NCBI GenBank assembly: GCA_003427395.1
Contig: BFEA01000008.1
Location: 3,982,919 to 4,046,918, forward strand
Length of the DNA: 64,000 bases
Reading direction: 5' to 3'
Origin: Chara braunii
Taxonomy: Eukaryota; Plantae; Charophyceae
Shown here: positions 39,146 through 52,510 of the stretch, in pieces
Numbering within the stretch: the stretch's first letter is position 1
How the letters are laid out: the number at the start of each line of letters is the position of its first letter
The notes under the pieces: model-generated
The model's input: only the letters and a program-made list of their open reading frames with translations
What the model was told of the DNA's origin: nothing
Database searches by the model: none
Program-made: the position numbers and the translations under genes

Positions 39146-42100
39146 ATGGGTAATAAAACTAAGGAAATGAATTTAATAGACCTACTTTATAATAAAGACA
39201 AAAATTGGAAGCTCCTCAAAAGAAATGCCGACTTGGACCTCTGGTCACTCAATGTGAATGGTATTGCTTCAGCCAAAAACTCTAAATGCCAAGCCATATT
39301 GGAACTCCTCAAAGAAGTAGGTGGGAAAGAGTGGTCTGACATAATTTGAATCCAAGATACACACCTAATGAATGCAGCACCACACAATCATATTCACAAG
39401 GAATTTTGACCTCACACGGCGTACTGGGCATATGCCCCTAAACCAAGGAGTGCAGGTGTGACGATATGGGTCCCACCGGATTCAAAAGCAGAGATAATCA
39501 ACTGGGAAGTAGACCAACAAGAAGGAAGATGGGTATACATACTGGCGATGTTAGAATTAGAGGTAGTCAGTATACTCAATCTATACGGATCCAATGACAT
39601 AGGGGAACGTCAGATTTTTTTTTAATCATTACTTCCCCACCTCCCGATAGGTATCCCAGTGATAATGACAGGGGATTTCAATGCAGCACCGGACCATAAC
39701 CTGGACAAATGAAATATTCCTAAGCCGTGCCCACCATATCTAGAAACTGATGAACAAATCATATCTAAATTGTGCAATTCCTACAACTTGTTTGACTCCT
39801 TTAGGAGATTGAACCCTACCACGAAGTTTTTTTCCTGCTTCATTAAAAGACATTCAAATAGACCTACTAAATCTATGATTGATCTTATTCTAGCCTCTAA
39901 CGATCTTCAGGGAGGACTTCAATTTGTCTGCATCCTACATAGAAGTCCATATCCAGGCCTTAACCACGCAATGTGCATGGCGGTCCTTTCCTTTCGAAAA
40001 AAAACAGATCACGGCAGGGGATTCTATAAACAAAATATGTCACACCTCAAGGACCAGGACTTCCTTCAATACCTGGAGGACGTATGTGAATTCTGGAGAA
40101 AACTGAGAGCTCGCATCGACAATGACATCATGTGGTTCAACAATGGCCTAGCCTTCCTAGGTCGTAAATGCAATGAATACTCTTAAGTCTTGGCAAAGAT
40201 AAGACATAAAAAAGAAACGGAAATCCTAAAAAAAAATCAAGAACTACAAGAAAAAGAGATAAGGCCAGACGATCAAAACGCTCTGAAGCCAATTGCAAAA
40301 AAAATTCAGACATTAGAGGATCAGTTACTCAAATACATGGAATACAGATGACAGGGATTCATAGTACGGGGAAAATCCAAAAAAAATCAGATGGAAGGGG
40401 ATATGGACGCTCACTTCTTTGTCATGGCCAAAGCTAGGTCAGGGAGGACCACGATAAAGACTTTCATAAATCCTTTCAACAACAATGAACCCTTAGTCAT
40501 TTCAACACCAGCCAGTATGAAAATAGCCAGGGATTTTTACAAAGATTATTTCACGTCAAAAAACTCAGCTATTCCTCAAACACAAAAGGAGAAAGAAATT
40601 GTTGAATTCCTAATTCCCTTCAACAAATCAATCATGGATGAACAAAAAAAAATATTGAAAATGCTAGTATCAAAGGAAGAAAATTGGAACGTCCTAATTC
40701 TCATGAAAGAAGAAAAGACACTAGGAATTAATGACCTCCCAAAAGAATTTTGGGAAGTCATGTGGGGTCCCCTTGCACAAGATTTAATGGATTACTACCA
40801 TGCGGCATGGGGAGCAGGGGATATAAGGGAAATAGTTAATCAAGGGGTCCTCACGCTTTTGTACAAAAATGAGATAAACTTAATATTCGTAACTATCGCC
40901 CAATCATACTGAGTATCCTCACGGTGGTATACAAATTAGTTGCAAAGGTTCTAGCAGATAGAATGCTCAAAGTCATAGCCGACATCATCTATCCAGCACA
41001 AACAGGGTTCATCACTGGAAGGAATATACATGACAATATTCTCCTCATAAATGAACTTATTAAAGTTGCACGCCAATCTAAACATAATGCAACATTCATC
41101 TTCATAGACTTTGAAAAAACTTATGATCATGTAGATTGATTCTTCCTGGACAAATGTCTTGCAAAAATGAACTTCGGGTCAAACTTTAGACGATGGATCA
41201 CAATCTTGCATCAAAAGGCAACCACCAGTGTTATGATCAATGACAGCTTGGCAACTCCAATTGATTTGCAGAGATCGGTCAGGTAGGGCGATCCATTGAC
41301 ACATTTTCTCTTCATCATTGTTATGGAAGCTTTAGCGACTAATCTAAAGAAACACAAGGATATTAGGAAAATACGAGTGACATTCATCCCAGAAGAGACA
41401 ATCCTCATGTGTTCTCTCTTTGCTGATGATCTCTCTTTGATGGTGGATGCATCACACGAAAATTATCGGAAAATATGATTGCAATTCAAGAATTAATGGA
41501 TAAATTTTGTAGATTAGCAGACATGAAAGTCAACTAGGGGGAAAATACCCTAGGATGGTGGATAAACTATCAGGGAGTTAGACCACCTAAAACACCCTGA
41601 ATTAAATGGCTTCCTTTAGACAAGCCAATAAGGGTCCTCCGTATCTCGCTATCTGATGAAGGAAAACTAACAATCAACGAGGTGGTTATCTTTCAAAGTG
41701 CCCAGACCAAATTAGAATTATGGAAGAATAAACACACATCTATAATGGGCAGAGCTTTGGTGATTAATAATGTAGTACTAGCCTCAATTTGGTATAAATC
41801 AACAATTTGGGCCCTAGATAACAAATGGACTAAGTCCCTTCATCAACAACTCAGAGTCTTTCTGTGGAGAGGAAACCATAATTACAAGAGTGTCATTAGT
41901 AGAGTGACTTGGACCTCTATCATTCAACCAAAGGCTAAGGGGGGCCTGAGAATCATTGATCCAACACTCCAAACCATGACACTCTTCATCCAATGGATCA
42001 AGAGACTACTACTCAATCCTCCTTGGAGTGGTTTAGTCTGAGAACAATTAAGGAAACTGACCCCCCAGACAGCGGAGACTGTTGACCCATCCATGTGGCT

Positions 42101-43620
42101 AGAGAATAGGGACTGGTCCATACCGAGAGGCACAACTAAAGAGACAGATATGAACCAAATGACAAACAGGGCAGCAACCAGGAAGGACATCACTAAGGAT
42201 CCCTACTGACCAACTATTATCAAAACATGGAGGAAGTTACCCCTACCAGACAAACACTTCCCTGAACGATGGGAAAAAATCAGCAACCACTCTTCAACAA
42301 TACGTGGATAAGAGACCACCAAGGCATCACACTTCATTGCAATGATAATCCATGAAAGGGGTGGATCAAGAGAGGAGTATTCAGCATCAAGGATATTTGG
42401 GATGACAACTTTCGTGACTGGATTCCCCCACATATTCTCCATGAGATACTAAAGCATTATCACCATGCACAAAACAATCTAGACAGAATAGTTGAATTGA
42501 TCCCTATTGAATGGATTAGAGTGCTCAGGAGAGGGAAGAAATTTCAGGAAAGTGATTGGGTTGCAATGAAGGAGAATCCAAGAAGGGTAGGTAACGTCAT
42601 CCTCATAGCCCCATACAAGGAGGCCTTAATTGCCCCATATGAATTAAAGGAAGATAATGTTATAATTATTAAAAAGATATAACCCAGATATGGATGTCAG
42701 TGGAAAACATCTTCAGAATCGGAGTTTTCTCACGGGACGCGCAGTCGTGTCAGGCTTTCCGACCTTTAACGGACATCGCAGACCTACCTCTAGATCCTGA
42801 GTGTTGGACATTGGGAACAAAAAACAGACTCAATAGAAAATTCAGCATAAATCTACATACCTCATCTGTCAAATCAACTTACCGGATGATTAGACCAAAA
42901 ATAAAGTTGAAAGATAGGGTTGTGGAGAGATAGATGAAACAACTGAATATCAACAAGAAAGATTTGAGGAACATTAAATGGTTCAAAGATTCCAAGATCA
43001 AGCCGTCGAAGGTAGCCTCCCTCCAATGGCAGATTGAACACAGGTGTCTCCCTACTAATGATTGGTTGATGGACAAATCCTCACTGGAGAAAAGGGGCAT
43101 TGCAGACCCATGGTGCAAGCTTTGTCACTCGGCGTACCCAAGCAGAAGGATACCAGAAACAATAGAACATATATTCCTTGAGTGTCCGGGCTCAATTTGG
43201 CTTTGGCGGTGGTTGGACCGAATATGGAAACAATTAGAAACCACAGTTAAATGGCCTTGGGAATGGAAAGCAATCCTGCTTGCGCATTGGTCACATGAAC
43301 TGGAAGATAATTTCACTCAAAATCTGTTCACCGTAAGTAGAAGTGCGGTTATGAATGGGAAGATGCTAGACTGGATGGCCCGGAATTCACCGACAGCATA
43401 AAACAGCAAATCCAAACCAATATACATTACCAATGGATCAACATTAAAGAAAAAATCCAATCCAACTCATCCAAATCTGAAATTAAAGAAATATTCCATA
43501 AATTCAGCAGCAACTGGCTGGGGGGGGGGGGAAGGGCGGAAAAATAGGGAGGGTGGAATGGGAGGGAGCGGAGAAGGAGGAGGAGCAGGTTCTTATCAGG
43601 AACTACAAGTTGATTTTTAA
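39146..43620 (+). pseudogene. LINE ORF2 (APE endonuclease, RT, zf-RVT), multiple stops and frameshifts
   Basis: WSLNVNG, NLYGSND, TGDFNA, SMIDLIL..LNHAM (EN). NYRPI, QTGFITGRNIHDN, FIDFEKTYDHVD, FADDL (RT). CKLC..ETIEHIFLEC (zf-RVT). Confidence 0.9.
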
Positions 43621-45135
43621 TGATTGGACTCAGGTGGATCCTTGATACCTCTTCGCCCGGTTCATGAGTTCCCAAGTCTTTTAACTCTACCTTAGAATGC
43701 ATTGGTTCTGCTGTCATGGTATGGAAACGACTCAGTTGCAGAAGAAAGGGGAACGGAAGAGTAGACAGTCATACCATCATTCTCTCCCAATTGTTGGAAA
43801 GGCTAGGCAGGTAAGGCTACATCTGGCGCCCCATGTGCGGGTGAAGAGGTCTATTCCAACAAAGGAAAATAGCCACAGCAGGAGGGAGGATTATCGGGAA
43901 TACTGTGAACGATTCATCTTTCACTCGTCAAATGTGAGGGACGCTGGACCCGTTTTCCAGCAGGTGCTGCTCCCCACAAAGAATGCTAGGGTAGTCTGCT
44001 CTTATAAGCTACCCGAGCACCCACTCAGGGTGTTTTTCTTAAAAAAAAAAAAAAAAAAAAAGGTGGGAGCTTTATCTAAGTCTACTACAGAATCCTAGAT
44101 ACTGTTAAGGCCAAAATTATGGACATATTATATTTGTAGCTCAAGCTAAGTAACCACCAGACCAATCCACACCAAGGAGGGGGAGCTGGATCTTATACCC
44201 GCGACACCTTATCGGTAGTTTCTTGCGGGCTCCAGAGAGGGAACTTTGACCGGTATTGCACGAAGAGAGTTCTTCTGACTTCCGGGCAGATAGCCGGTGC
44301 CTTGGTGTTGATTCCTTCGCCCCCCGTGGTCCGCAGCAGGTTGTCCCCAATGCCTTACGGCTCTTTGTGATGAACAGTGGAAGATTCGCTCCTCTTGGCT
44401 GTACTCCACGCCTCTTTCTTACGTCCCACCTCCTAGCAGAGGATACGAAAAGCTTGACAGGTCATCTTCAAGTTGCTCACCCCTCTTCAACATAGGCATG
44501 TAGCTATAGCCTCCCTCATTCCTACTATGCCCTTCCCTAGATGTTGAGTTTAAGTGTGGCTAATACGCCACGCGCCAAGAACCTCGGTGACATACTGAAT
44601 TTCGAAATAGGACGGCCGCCAGCGGGTGCTCGTCGTTGCACCTCCTTCACATGATGTATGCATTTCCCTAAAGGGACTAATCACCGGCCCCTATACTTCC
44701 CAAGCTCTGAAGAGATGGTTGTCGTCATCGTTCTGATGAGAGAGTGGTGGCCGATTCACCTCCCCACTGTGAGCGCGAAACGGTGACGGAGTAGTGTCGG
44801 CGACCTACTACCGACGGCGCTAACGCGGAGCGCAACATAGTGCCCGCCGTTCTGCCCCATTTTTTTTTTTCTATTTTGCCTTTTGTGCAATGCCATTTGG
44901 TGAGTAGCAGAGCGGGGCCCATAAATCGGATAGAGTTCCGCGCATCTCCAGCCAGCATAACTGCAAATCAAAGATCCAGGCCGTCAAGATTTTTCCGTAG
45001 AGAACAAAAGGACTTTTTTTCATTTTTTTCTGAAGCAGGCTATCTACTTACGGAATCGCCTCCATCTACTAGGTTTTTTTTTTCATTTTTTTCTGAAGCA
45101 GGCTCTCTACTTACCGAATCGGCTCCATCTAGTAG

Positions 45136-45181
<46 letters not shown>

Positions 45182-45961
45182 CCTAGTAGCTTTTCGAAGA
45201 CAGGTCATGAAATTCGGTTTTGCAGAGGGACGCGGTGTGGACTCTAGGCTGCCTGGCGGCACCACTTGCCGTAGGTCAACATCTGAAACGCATTTGCAGA
45301 ATTTTGGACAGCAGAACTGTCCCGGTGCATTCAGAATCTTGGCATCTGAAAAGTGGTGCCACATGCCCCTAGGCCAGACCCCACCACTGCCTTCCCGAGA
45401 ACAGAATCTGGGGTCATTATATCCATGCATTCAGTGCAGTTTTCAGGTTAAATACGACGTATAATATTATGATGATCCAGCGTGGGAGGACGGCACTGCC
45501 TGTATTCCCTGGGATTGGCCAGAAGACAAGGAGATGATTCCACTGCGCTCTGCAAAAGCCACGGATATGCGGATGATGGGCCTGTGACTAGGGGTATACG
45601 CACACTCAGTTTAGGACCTTTTTGACGCATCTGTGGATGTAACTGCTGTCAGATGCATGGCGGCAGGGCTATAATTATGGTCAGATACACCGTGCGAGTA
45701 TATTTTCTCAGACCGCCCTGACGCTAAGTGTAGGTTGGGATCGACAGTTATCCTCCTCTTTTCTTAATGCTGATGTCAACAGATTTTGTTGAACAAAAAA
45801 GAAAAAGAAAAAAAAAAGATATTGTTAAGTACCTCTCCATTAATTTTGTTGTCACTTGTCAGAGCTCTGCAATAATTTTTCGGGGGAAGGGGAAGATCAA
45901 CTGGGTGATCCTACAAAGTGAAGTTCAAGTTATTGTGGAGAAGGGTGAGGGTGGTTGTGAA

Positions 45962-46100
45962 CTGCGCTGCTGCTTCCTGTCGTGTACGGGCCCCCGTACA
46001 AGTACGGATTCGTACTCCTGTACTCGTAGGCTACCTGTACACTGGGACTAGGGGTCCTGTACGAGGTTGTTTTTTTTTTGTTTTGTTTTGTTTTTCCGTA
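45962..46100. mobile_element. Fragment related to the left end of the 35232 MITE
   Basis: Shares GGATTCGTACTC.TGTACTCGTA..TAGGGG.CC...ACGAG followed by a T-tract. Confidence 0.55.
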
Positions 46101-46842
46101 CCCAGCAAGAAAGGCGAAAGGCCCTGCAGAGCGGACCAACCCCGCCCCTGCAAGAGCGGTTGGTCCACCCAAAATCCAAGGACGAGCTTTTTAACTGCAA
46201 CAACTTAAACCACCAGTACTTGTCTCAGCTATAGATGCAGAGCCTGGAATGCCCCTGCGCAACATTTTTTGCTGAAGCCCTGGGGTACCATTTTGATTTT
46301 TCTTTTGGCTGGCACTTCCAGCCATTGTGGTCCCATACCCCGAAGCCCTAACCGCGGCCGATAGCTGGGCCGAGTCTATTTGGGTGCCGGCCTCTCTGGT
46401 GTGGTCTATGGAGTCCAATTCCCTGAAGAGCTCATCTAAAAACATGTTTGGGGGGATTGTATGGCCTAAAATGCCCCCACACAGCCACCCTCTGAGTCTC
46501 AAGTCAGTTGGAGCCTGGAGGGCAGCCGGTCCTGTTGAACTGTAGTGCTGTTCGCTTCAGTCCAGCCTGGCATGTTTTTTTTTTGTTTTGAGCTTTATGG
46601 AATAACTAATAATTTGTGTACAACGCGAAGTAAATGCGGGGAGGAGAGAGCACCAAATACGAACGGTGTCCACCGGCTGTGAAGGTCATCCCTCATTTGA
46701 ATGAAGACAAGGCCTGCAAAAGAAAGAAAAAAAAGGGGGGTTGGTGTTGTTGTTTCTCATTCAATGGCTTCAAACTCGGATTTGAAAGCTGTGTGTGTGT
46801 GTTGCTTAACTTTGTGACAGTTTGGCCACTTTGATGCAACAT

Positions 46843-46892
<50 letters not shown>

Positions 46893-46985
46893 TACGGTAG
46901 ACAAAGCCTGTTCAAGCGACTACGAAATGAGACGACTCATTGGCCAGCGCTGCAAATTCATGATGAAGAAAGTCCATGAGCATCC

Positions 46986-47021
<36 letters not shown>

Positions 47022-48482
47022 CGCGACGTAGCAATCACTGTTGCTGCCGGTCCTTGATCACTGCCCCTCTACCACACCTCTCCGCTGCAGCAGCTTCAGC
47101 ACGCATTGCAGTGGCAAGTTTTCATCACTGTCATCGTTGTCGGTAGCATCCACCAACAGGGCTTTTCATTTTCCATGATCTTCCTGCCGCGCTGCACGCT
47201 TGGGAGCATGGGAACAGGATAAGAGGCCGGAGCTACGGTGGTTACGCCGAATATCAAAATTGCCAGAGCCATTACATGGGAAGATCCTCATGACTCGCAG
47301 AGGAAGAGAGGGAAACAGCATGAATTTCTCTCTCCCGCCTACCCCACTGGCAGGGGTCAAGCCATTCCAATCCGGTTTTCACTCAGGATATGGAGATGTC
47401 AGGAGCATTGGGAACCAAGGGGATAATTCAGGAGCACATTCAGGACCAGACAGCTGGTCGGGGTTAGGACGGCCGCATTCGGAGCAGGGGATGGAAGGAG
47501 AGGTATCGGAGGTGAAGCACTATGGGAATTGCCCCTCACGGTGGTAGGCAATGCAGCTTCAGGGCCAGCAGAAGCACGGAAAGGAGAGGGAAGGGAGAAA
47601 AGTCAGCGGAGAAAGGGGGAAGGGGAACGGCAGGGGAGGGAAGACGGTGTTGATGAGACAGGCACAAAAAACTCAAACATCACAAGGAGGAGGGCAGGAG
47701 AAGAGTATGCAGATGGGGATTGTGATGATCAATGAGGGACTAAATATCCAATCATAAAGAGTGGGGGGCTGGAAGTGGAGGGAAGAGGGGAGGTGAAAGC
47801 ATTGTCACTGTAGTCATAAGTAACCAGGAACAACCAATTATCAATACAACCAGTGCAATTAGCGCGCCCATCAAGCCCACAATGGGGCCACACGGGTGGA
47901 TCAGAGGGGTACTCAACCCCAGTTGTCCTCATGGGTACAAAGTGCAAAGCGTCCATTTCTTTTTTAATTCAGGATAAACTGCCCTCCAGAATCCACATAC
48001 CCAGCCCCTTTGTATTCCCCTCCAGAATCTGTCTACTGCACGTGTGTTTTTCCTCTCTCGGTTTAAACTTATCAGCCCCTCAGAAAGTAAGGTCGTCCAT
48101 AACGTGGGGAAGAAGTAGACCATGGTCCAAACATATCCCATTCAGAAAATAGCTGAACGGGGGCCCAAGTCCCACGTACGCTGATCGTTCATTCTTGGAC
48201 GTTGATCTTTGTAATCTATGGTCAGAAATTGAGAGTTCGGGTAAGTGGGACCTGCCTCCGGGATGTCATTTACTGAACCCATGCTAGTAATTGGGTTTTT
48301 CATGATGACGCTGTCCGTAAATCCAGAAATGACAAAGTCAAGTCGATCGGCAAGTGACTTTCCTGATTCTACCCATCCCGAAGCAGCTGACTATCTGCAA
48401 CAGCTGCTTCGGGATTTCAGAATCTCCGAATACAGCAAGTGTTCCAAAGCCCCACAAGTCAAAGACAACTATCTGCAAGTAA

Positions 48483-49707
48483 GGGCCTCAGCCACACCAA
48501 TGTCGAAACATCACCACATTCTCACATATGTCAGGAGCTTCTCGACATTCCCTGTTTCGACAGAAAAACCCTCTTCGCCACACAGCATGTCGAAGGGTCT
48601 CGTGGGACAGTATGAAAAACGAAACAAAACAAACTTGAAACTCGCGAGGTCTCGCGAGACCGAACGTCACCGTTTTGTTTCGTTTTTTGCCCACCACTGC
48701 ACAGCACATGCGAATCACTCGTGGGAATGGCCTGAAGAGTTCGTGAAGAGTTCGTGCGAGGTCTGACATGCACAAATGTCCAAAATTTTGGACGGACACT
48801 CTTTGGAACGACGTGGTGCACTCGCGCGGATTCGCAGCTCCACCACCAGACCTCCGGAGGACCTGCGAGTTCGCGTGAGTTACAGGCAGGGGGACGGCAA
48901 CTGCTCGTGAGACACTCGCGAACTTGGAGTCTGACACAATTTGTGAGTTTTGACTGACAGGATTCGCAAGAGTGCTGTGCGGTGAAACGTTCGCGAAACT
49001 ACTTCGTTTTTTTTTCGTGTGCCATACCGTCCGGCGAGGCCCGAAGTGAAGAACTCACAAGTCCTATAAGAAAACAGAGAAACTGGGGTGAAGATAGAAC
49101 AACTTGAAGCCTTGGTCCCTTCTCCTTTTCCACATTGGGGCAAGAAATAGACATCCCATTGGAGGACTCTTGAAAATGTCCAAGTTGCAGGCCTGAAGTG
49201 GAAACCAGCCCTGCTGGAGAGGAGGTGTCGAAACACTTTCCCTGAAACCTCCTGCATTTTTTCCTCATCTCGGATTTCGACATGCTGTGTGGCGAGGAGA
49301 AAATGTCGAAAATGCCGTTTTCGACACACCAATCATGTAGAAACTGGAGTTCTCAACATTTTTTCTTCGCCACACAGACTGTCGAAGAAAAAATGTTGAA
49401 AACACTTCGACAATGGTCGGAAAGGTGGTTTCGACATGGGTGTCGAACTACCCTCCTGAAGCCGGTCGAGTTTCAGCATCACGGAAACCAGGTTGTGAAG
49501 GATGTGCGGATTTCGACATCTATGCCTCAACATCCCGTGTGACCGTGTCACCGTGTCTTCTTCTTTTTTTCTTTTTTTTTTCCCTTTTCTAACAAGAAAC
49601 TTTGCTTATCCTGGGTCTTCGACATACGGTGTGGAGAAGGTGGTCATTGTGTGTGAATGTCGAATGTTTCACGGTTTCGGCTTTTCTACACTGGTGTGGT
49701 GAGGCCC
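48483..49707. mobile_element. PIF/Harbinger-like MITE (GGGCCTC.CCACACCA termini)
   Basis: TIRs at both ends; 3-bp flanks TAA/TTA. Internal TGTCGAAA repeats. Confidence 0.7.
48595..49042. mobile_element. Nested Harbinger-like MITE
   Basis: TIRs GGGTCTCGTGGGACAGTATG / rc GGGCCTCGCCGGACGGTATG. 3-bp TSD GAA. TCGCGA repeats. Confidence 0.75.
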
Positions 49708-49937
49708 TTAAACTGTGTGTTCAACACAGCGTGATAGCTGGACACTACACAAAGAGGCAGGAATGAACCCTCATGCTGAGGCTGCGTCTAATACAAAGAA
49801 TCTAGCCAAGATATGCAACCAGGTACGGACTTAAAAAAAACGGCTTATGGACTGTGAAGGCATTTACCCTTCTTAAAAACTTTTACCCCATGGGAAGCAA
49901 GTGGAGAAAGCAACTGAAGCAATACTCTACAGCATAA

Positions 49938-50312
49938 GGGCCTCGCCACACCAATGTCGAAAACTGCATTTTCAACATTTTGTCCTCGCCGCACAGCATG
50001 TCGAAATCCGAGATGCGAAAAAAATTCAGGAGCTGTCAGGGAAACGGTTTCGACACCACCTCTCGAGCAGGGCTCTTTTCCACTTCAGGTCTGCAACTTG
50101 GACATTTTCAACAGTACTGGGGAATGTAGAGAATGGACCAACGCTTGTCCAATCTTCACCCCAGTTTGTCTCTTTTGTGCATAGGACTCGTGAGTTCTTC
50201 ACCTCCACATGCTGTGTGGCGAAGAGGGTTTTTCTGTCGAAAAAGGGAATGTAGAGAATTCCCTGACATATGTCGAATTTCGTGATGTTTCGACATTGGT
50301 GTGGCGAGGCCC
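49938..50312. mobile_element. PIF/Harbinger-like MITE
   Basis: Perfect 25-bp TIR GGGCCTCGCCACACCAATGTCGAAA. TAA TSD (49935-49937, 50313-50315). Confidence 0.9.
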
Positions 50313-50343
50313 TAAAGCTCTCTTACAAGCGTGTCAGGACATA

Positions 50344-50466
50344 GGGCCTCGCTGCACTACTCTCTGACATCCACAAAAGACAAAAATCATGGCCGTGTAT
50401 CTTTCCATATTCTAGCGGAAGATTCACTCTCGTTTTGCACATTTCGAGAGTAGTGCAGGGAGGCCC
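50344..50466. mobile_element. 123-bp Harbinger-like MITE
   Basis: 22-bp TIR GGGCCTC(G/C)CTGCACTACTCTC. 3-bp TSD ATA. Confidence 0.85.
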
Positions 50467-51380
50467 ATAGCCACACCACTCTCGGGTCAAAATTCAAGAT
50501 ATAATTCCAACAAATCAAACTCTGAATTTCCTTTTGCGATCTGTCCATGAATCATCCTCTACGAGTCGGCTCTATGCTGCATCGTGCCCTGGGTAGTTTC
50601 TGCGTCACTCCCATACCCACCAGCCAGTAATATGGGCAGAAGCAAAAGGAAGCCCATCGTGCCCTGGGTAGTTTCTGCGTCACTCCCATACCCACCGCAA
50701 GCCTCCCTCTGCTTCCAGTGCCGCTGTTGCCATCCTTCATATTAAGGGCCTCACCACACCAATGTCGAAACATCACATATGAAGGCCTCACCACTCACCA
50801 ATCATCTCGAAACATCGCGACATTTGACAAATGTCAGGAACTTCTGGTCTTTTCTGAGCATTCCCTCTTAAATCCCTCCTTTGACAAAAAAAACCCTTTT
50901 GTCCACACATCATGTCGAAGTGGAGATCTCATAAGTCCTACGCACAAAAGAGAGAAACTGGGGTGAAGAGAGGACAAGCGTTGGTCCCTTCTCCTTTTCC
51001 ACATTCGGGCAAGAACTTGACATCCCATCGGCTATGTGTCCCCCTTGGCCGCGGCCGCCGGAGGAGGCCGGCCGTGGGCCTGCGCGGCCGCGCCAGGGCC
51101 ACGCGGGGGCGCACGCAGAAAAACGGCGCGTGCGCGTCGCCTGCGCACATCGGCCGCTATCGCCCTATGCAAAAAAAAAATTAAAAAATTAAAAAAATTG
51201 TGGGGGGGGGGGTGTTGGTGTGTGACAAAAAAAGAAAAATAAATAAATAAATACTGATTGATGGATTGTTTTTTTATTGATGGATTGATGGATTGATTGA
51301 TTAATTGATTGATTGATTGATTGATTGATTTGTTGATTGATTGATTGATTGATTGATTGGTGGGNNNNNNNNNNNNNNNN

Positions 51381-51831
51381 GCCTCACATTTCTGTACGCT
51401 CGATCACTTAGCAGATGTACCACCAATGGGAACCACAGAATTGAAAAGGCAGCTGCTGATAGCACCAATGCACGGTCGAATAAAGATAACTGATGACCTC
51501 TCTCCCAATTAGCAATCCTTGATACCACTCTTGTTTCCAGGGTGTCATCTAGTCTTGAGGCGGCGTTCCCTAAAGACACTTGAATCCCCAAAAGTCTTAC
51601 TGAGTCATTCTCTTTTATTCACTTCATTCCCCAATCACATTCCATAGTTCGTGAGTCAGGCAGCAGATAGAATGACTTTGACCAGTTAATCGAGGCTTCC
51701 AACAGTTCACAGTAGTCGTCTAAAACTCTCCTGAGTTCCGTTAGGGATTCCCGGTCATTCTTGCAAGCCAGTGTCAAATCATCTGCTAAGGCGTTACCCT
51801 TCCAGTTTAGTGAGTCGGAAATATATAACCC
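51381..51831 (-). pseudogene. LINE RT fragment, probably mis-joined here by a chimeric mate-pair read
   Basis: NALADDLTL..EASINWSKS and HQLSLFDRALV. Bounded by an N gap and the adapter. Confidence 0.7.
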
Positions 51832-51869
51832 CTGTCTCTTATACACATCTAGATGTGTATAAGAGACAG
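51832..51869. other. Nextera mate-pair junction adapter (Tn5 mosaic ends, head to head): sequencing artefact
   Basis: Exact CTGTCTCTTATACACATCT+AGATGTGTATAAGAGACAG. Confidence 0.97.
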
Positions 51870-51889
51870 CACATGCACAAACACCGGCA

Positions 51890-51947
<58 letters not shown>

Positions 51948-51976
51948 CACACACTTTTCATTTTATTTTGTTTTTC

Positions 51977-52010
<34 letters not shown>

Positions 52011-52510
52011 CAATCAAACAATCAAACAGAAGAAGAAGAAGAAGAAGAAGAAGAAGAAGAAGAAGAGGAAGAAAAAGCAAATTTTTTAGGACTCTGACTC
52101 CATATCAGTCACAAAACAAATGAAAAAAAAAAATCCTGCTTTTCTTTTTTATTTGTTTTTCTTTTTTTCTTTCTAACCGATTTCCTTTTTTCATTTTTTA
52201 TAAATCCTAAATGAAGTCAAATTCAAAAAAAGAAATATGGGGTTGTAGGGTTTTCAAAACCCTACAACCCCTTTTTTTTTCACTCATTTTTGGACCCCCC
52301 AAAAAATATCAAAAATATCGGGCCGCAAACTAGGCCTGGCGGCAGCGGCCGAATTGCCCGCGGCCTAGGCCGCGGGTGTCACATAGCCATCGGAAAACTC
52401 TTGAACATGTCCAAGTTGCAGGCCTGAAGTGGAAACCAGCCCTGCTGGAGAGAAACCCTTTTCCTCTCGGATTTCGACATGCTGTGTGGCGAGGCGAAAA
52501 TGTCGAAAAT

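Larger units (their letters stand above)
32908..44061 (+). mobile_element. Full-length (~11.15 kb) L1/Tx1-like LINE, decayed
   Basis: 16-bp TSD GGTGAGAGCTTTATCT (32892-32907) / GGTGGGAGCTTTATCT (44062-44077). Poly(A) at 44041-44061. ORF1 and ORF2 remnants present. Confidence 0.9.
51032..52386. mobile_element. CTATG-terminus MITE carrying (TTGA)n, (CA)n, (TCAA)n and (GAA)n
   Basis: TIRs CTATGTGTCCCC / rc CTATGTGACACC. 7-bp TSD CCATCGG (51025-51031, 52387-52393). GGCCGC subterminal repeats. Confidence 0.8.

Noticed and set aside
51832-51869. Natural Tn5/IS50 element or horizontal transfer
   Set aside because: It is the exact synthetic mosaic-end junction used in mate-pair libraries.
51030-52388. 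Alternative reading as a Harbinger element with GGCTATG ends and 3-bp TSD ATC
   Set aside because: It is formally compatible, but sister elements with unambiguous 8-bp TSDs start at CTATG, which favours the 7-bp TSD reading.
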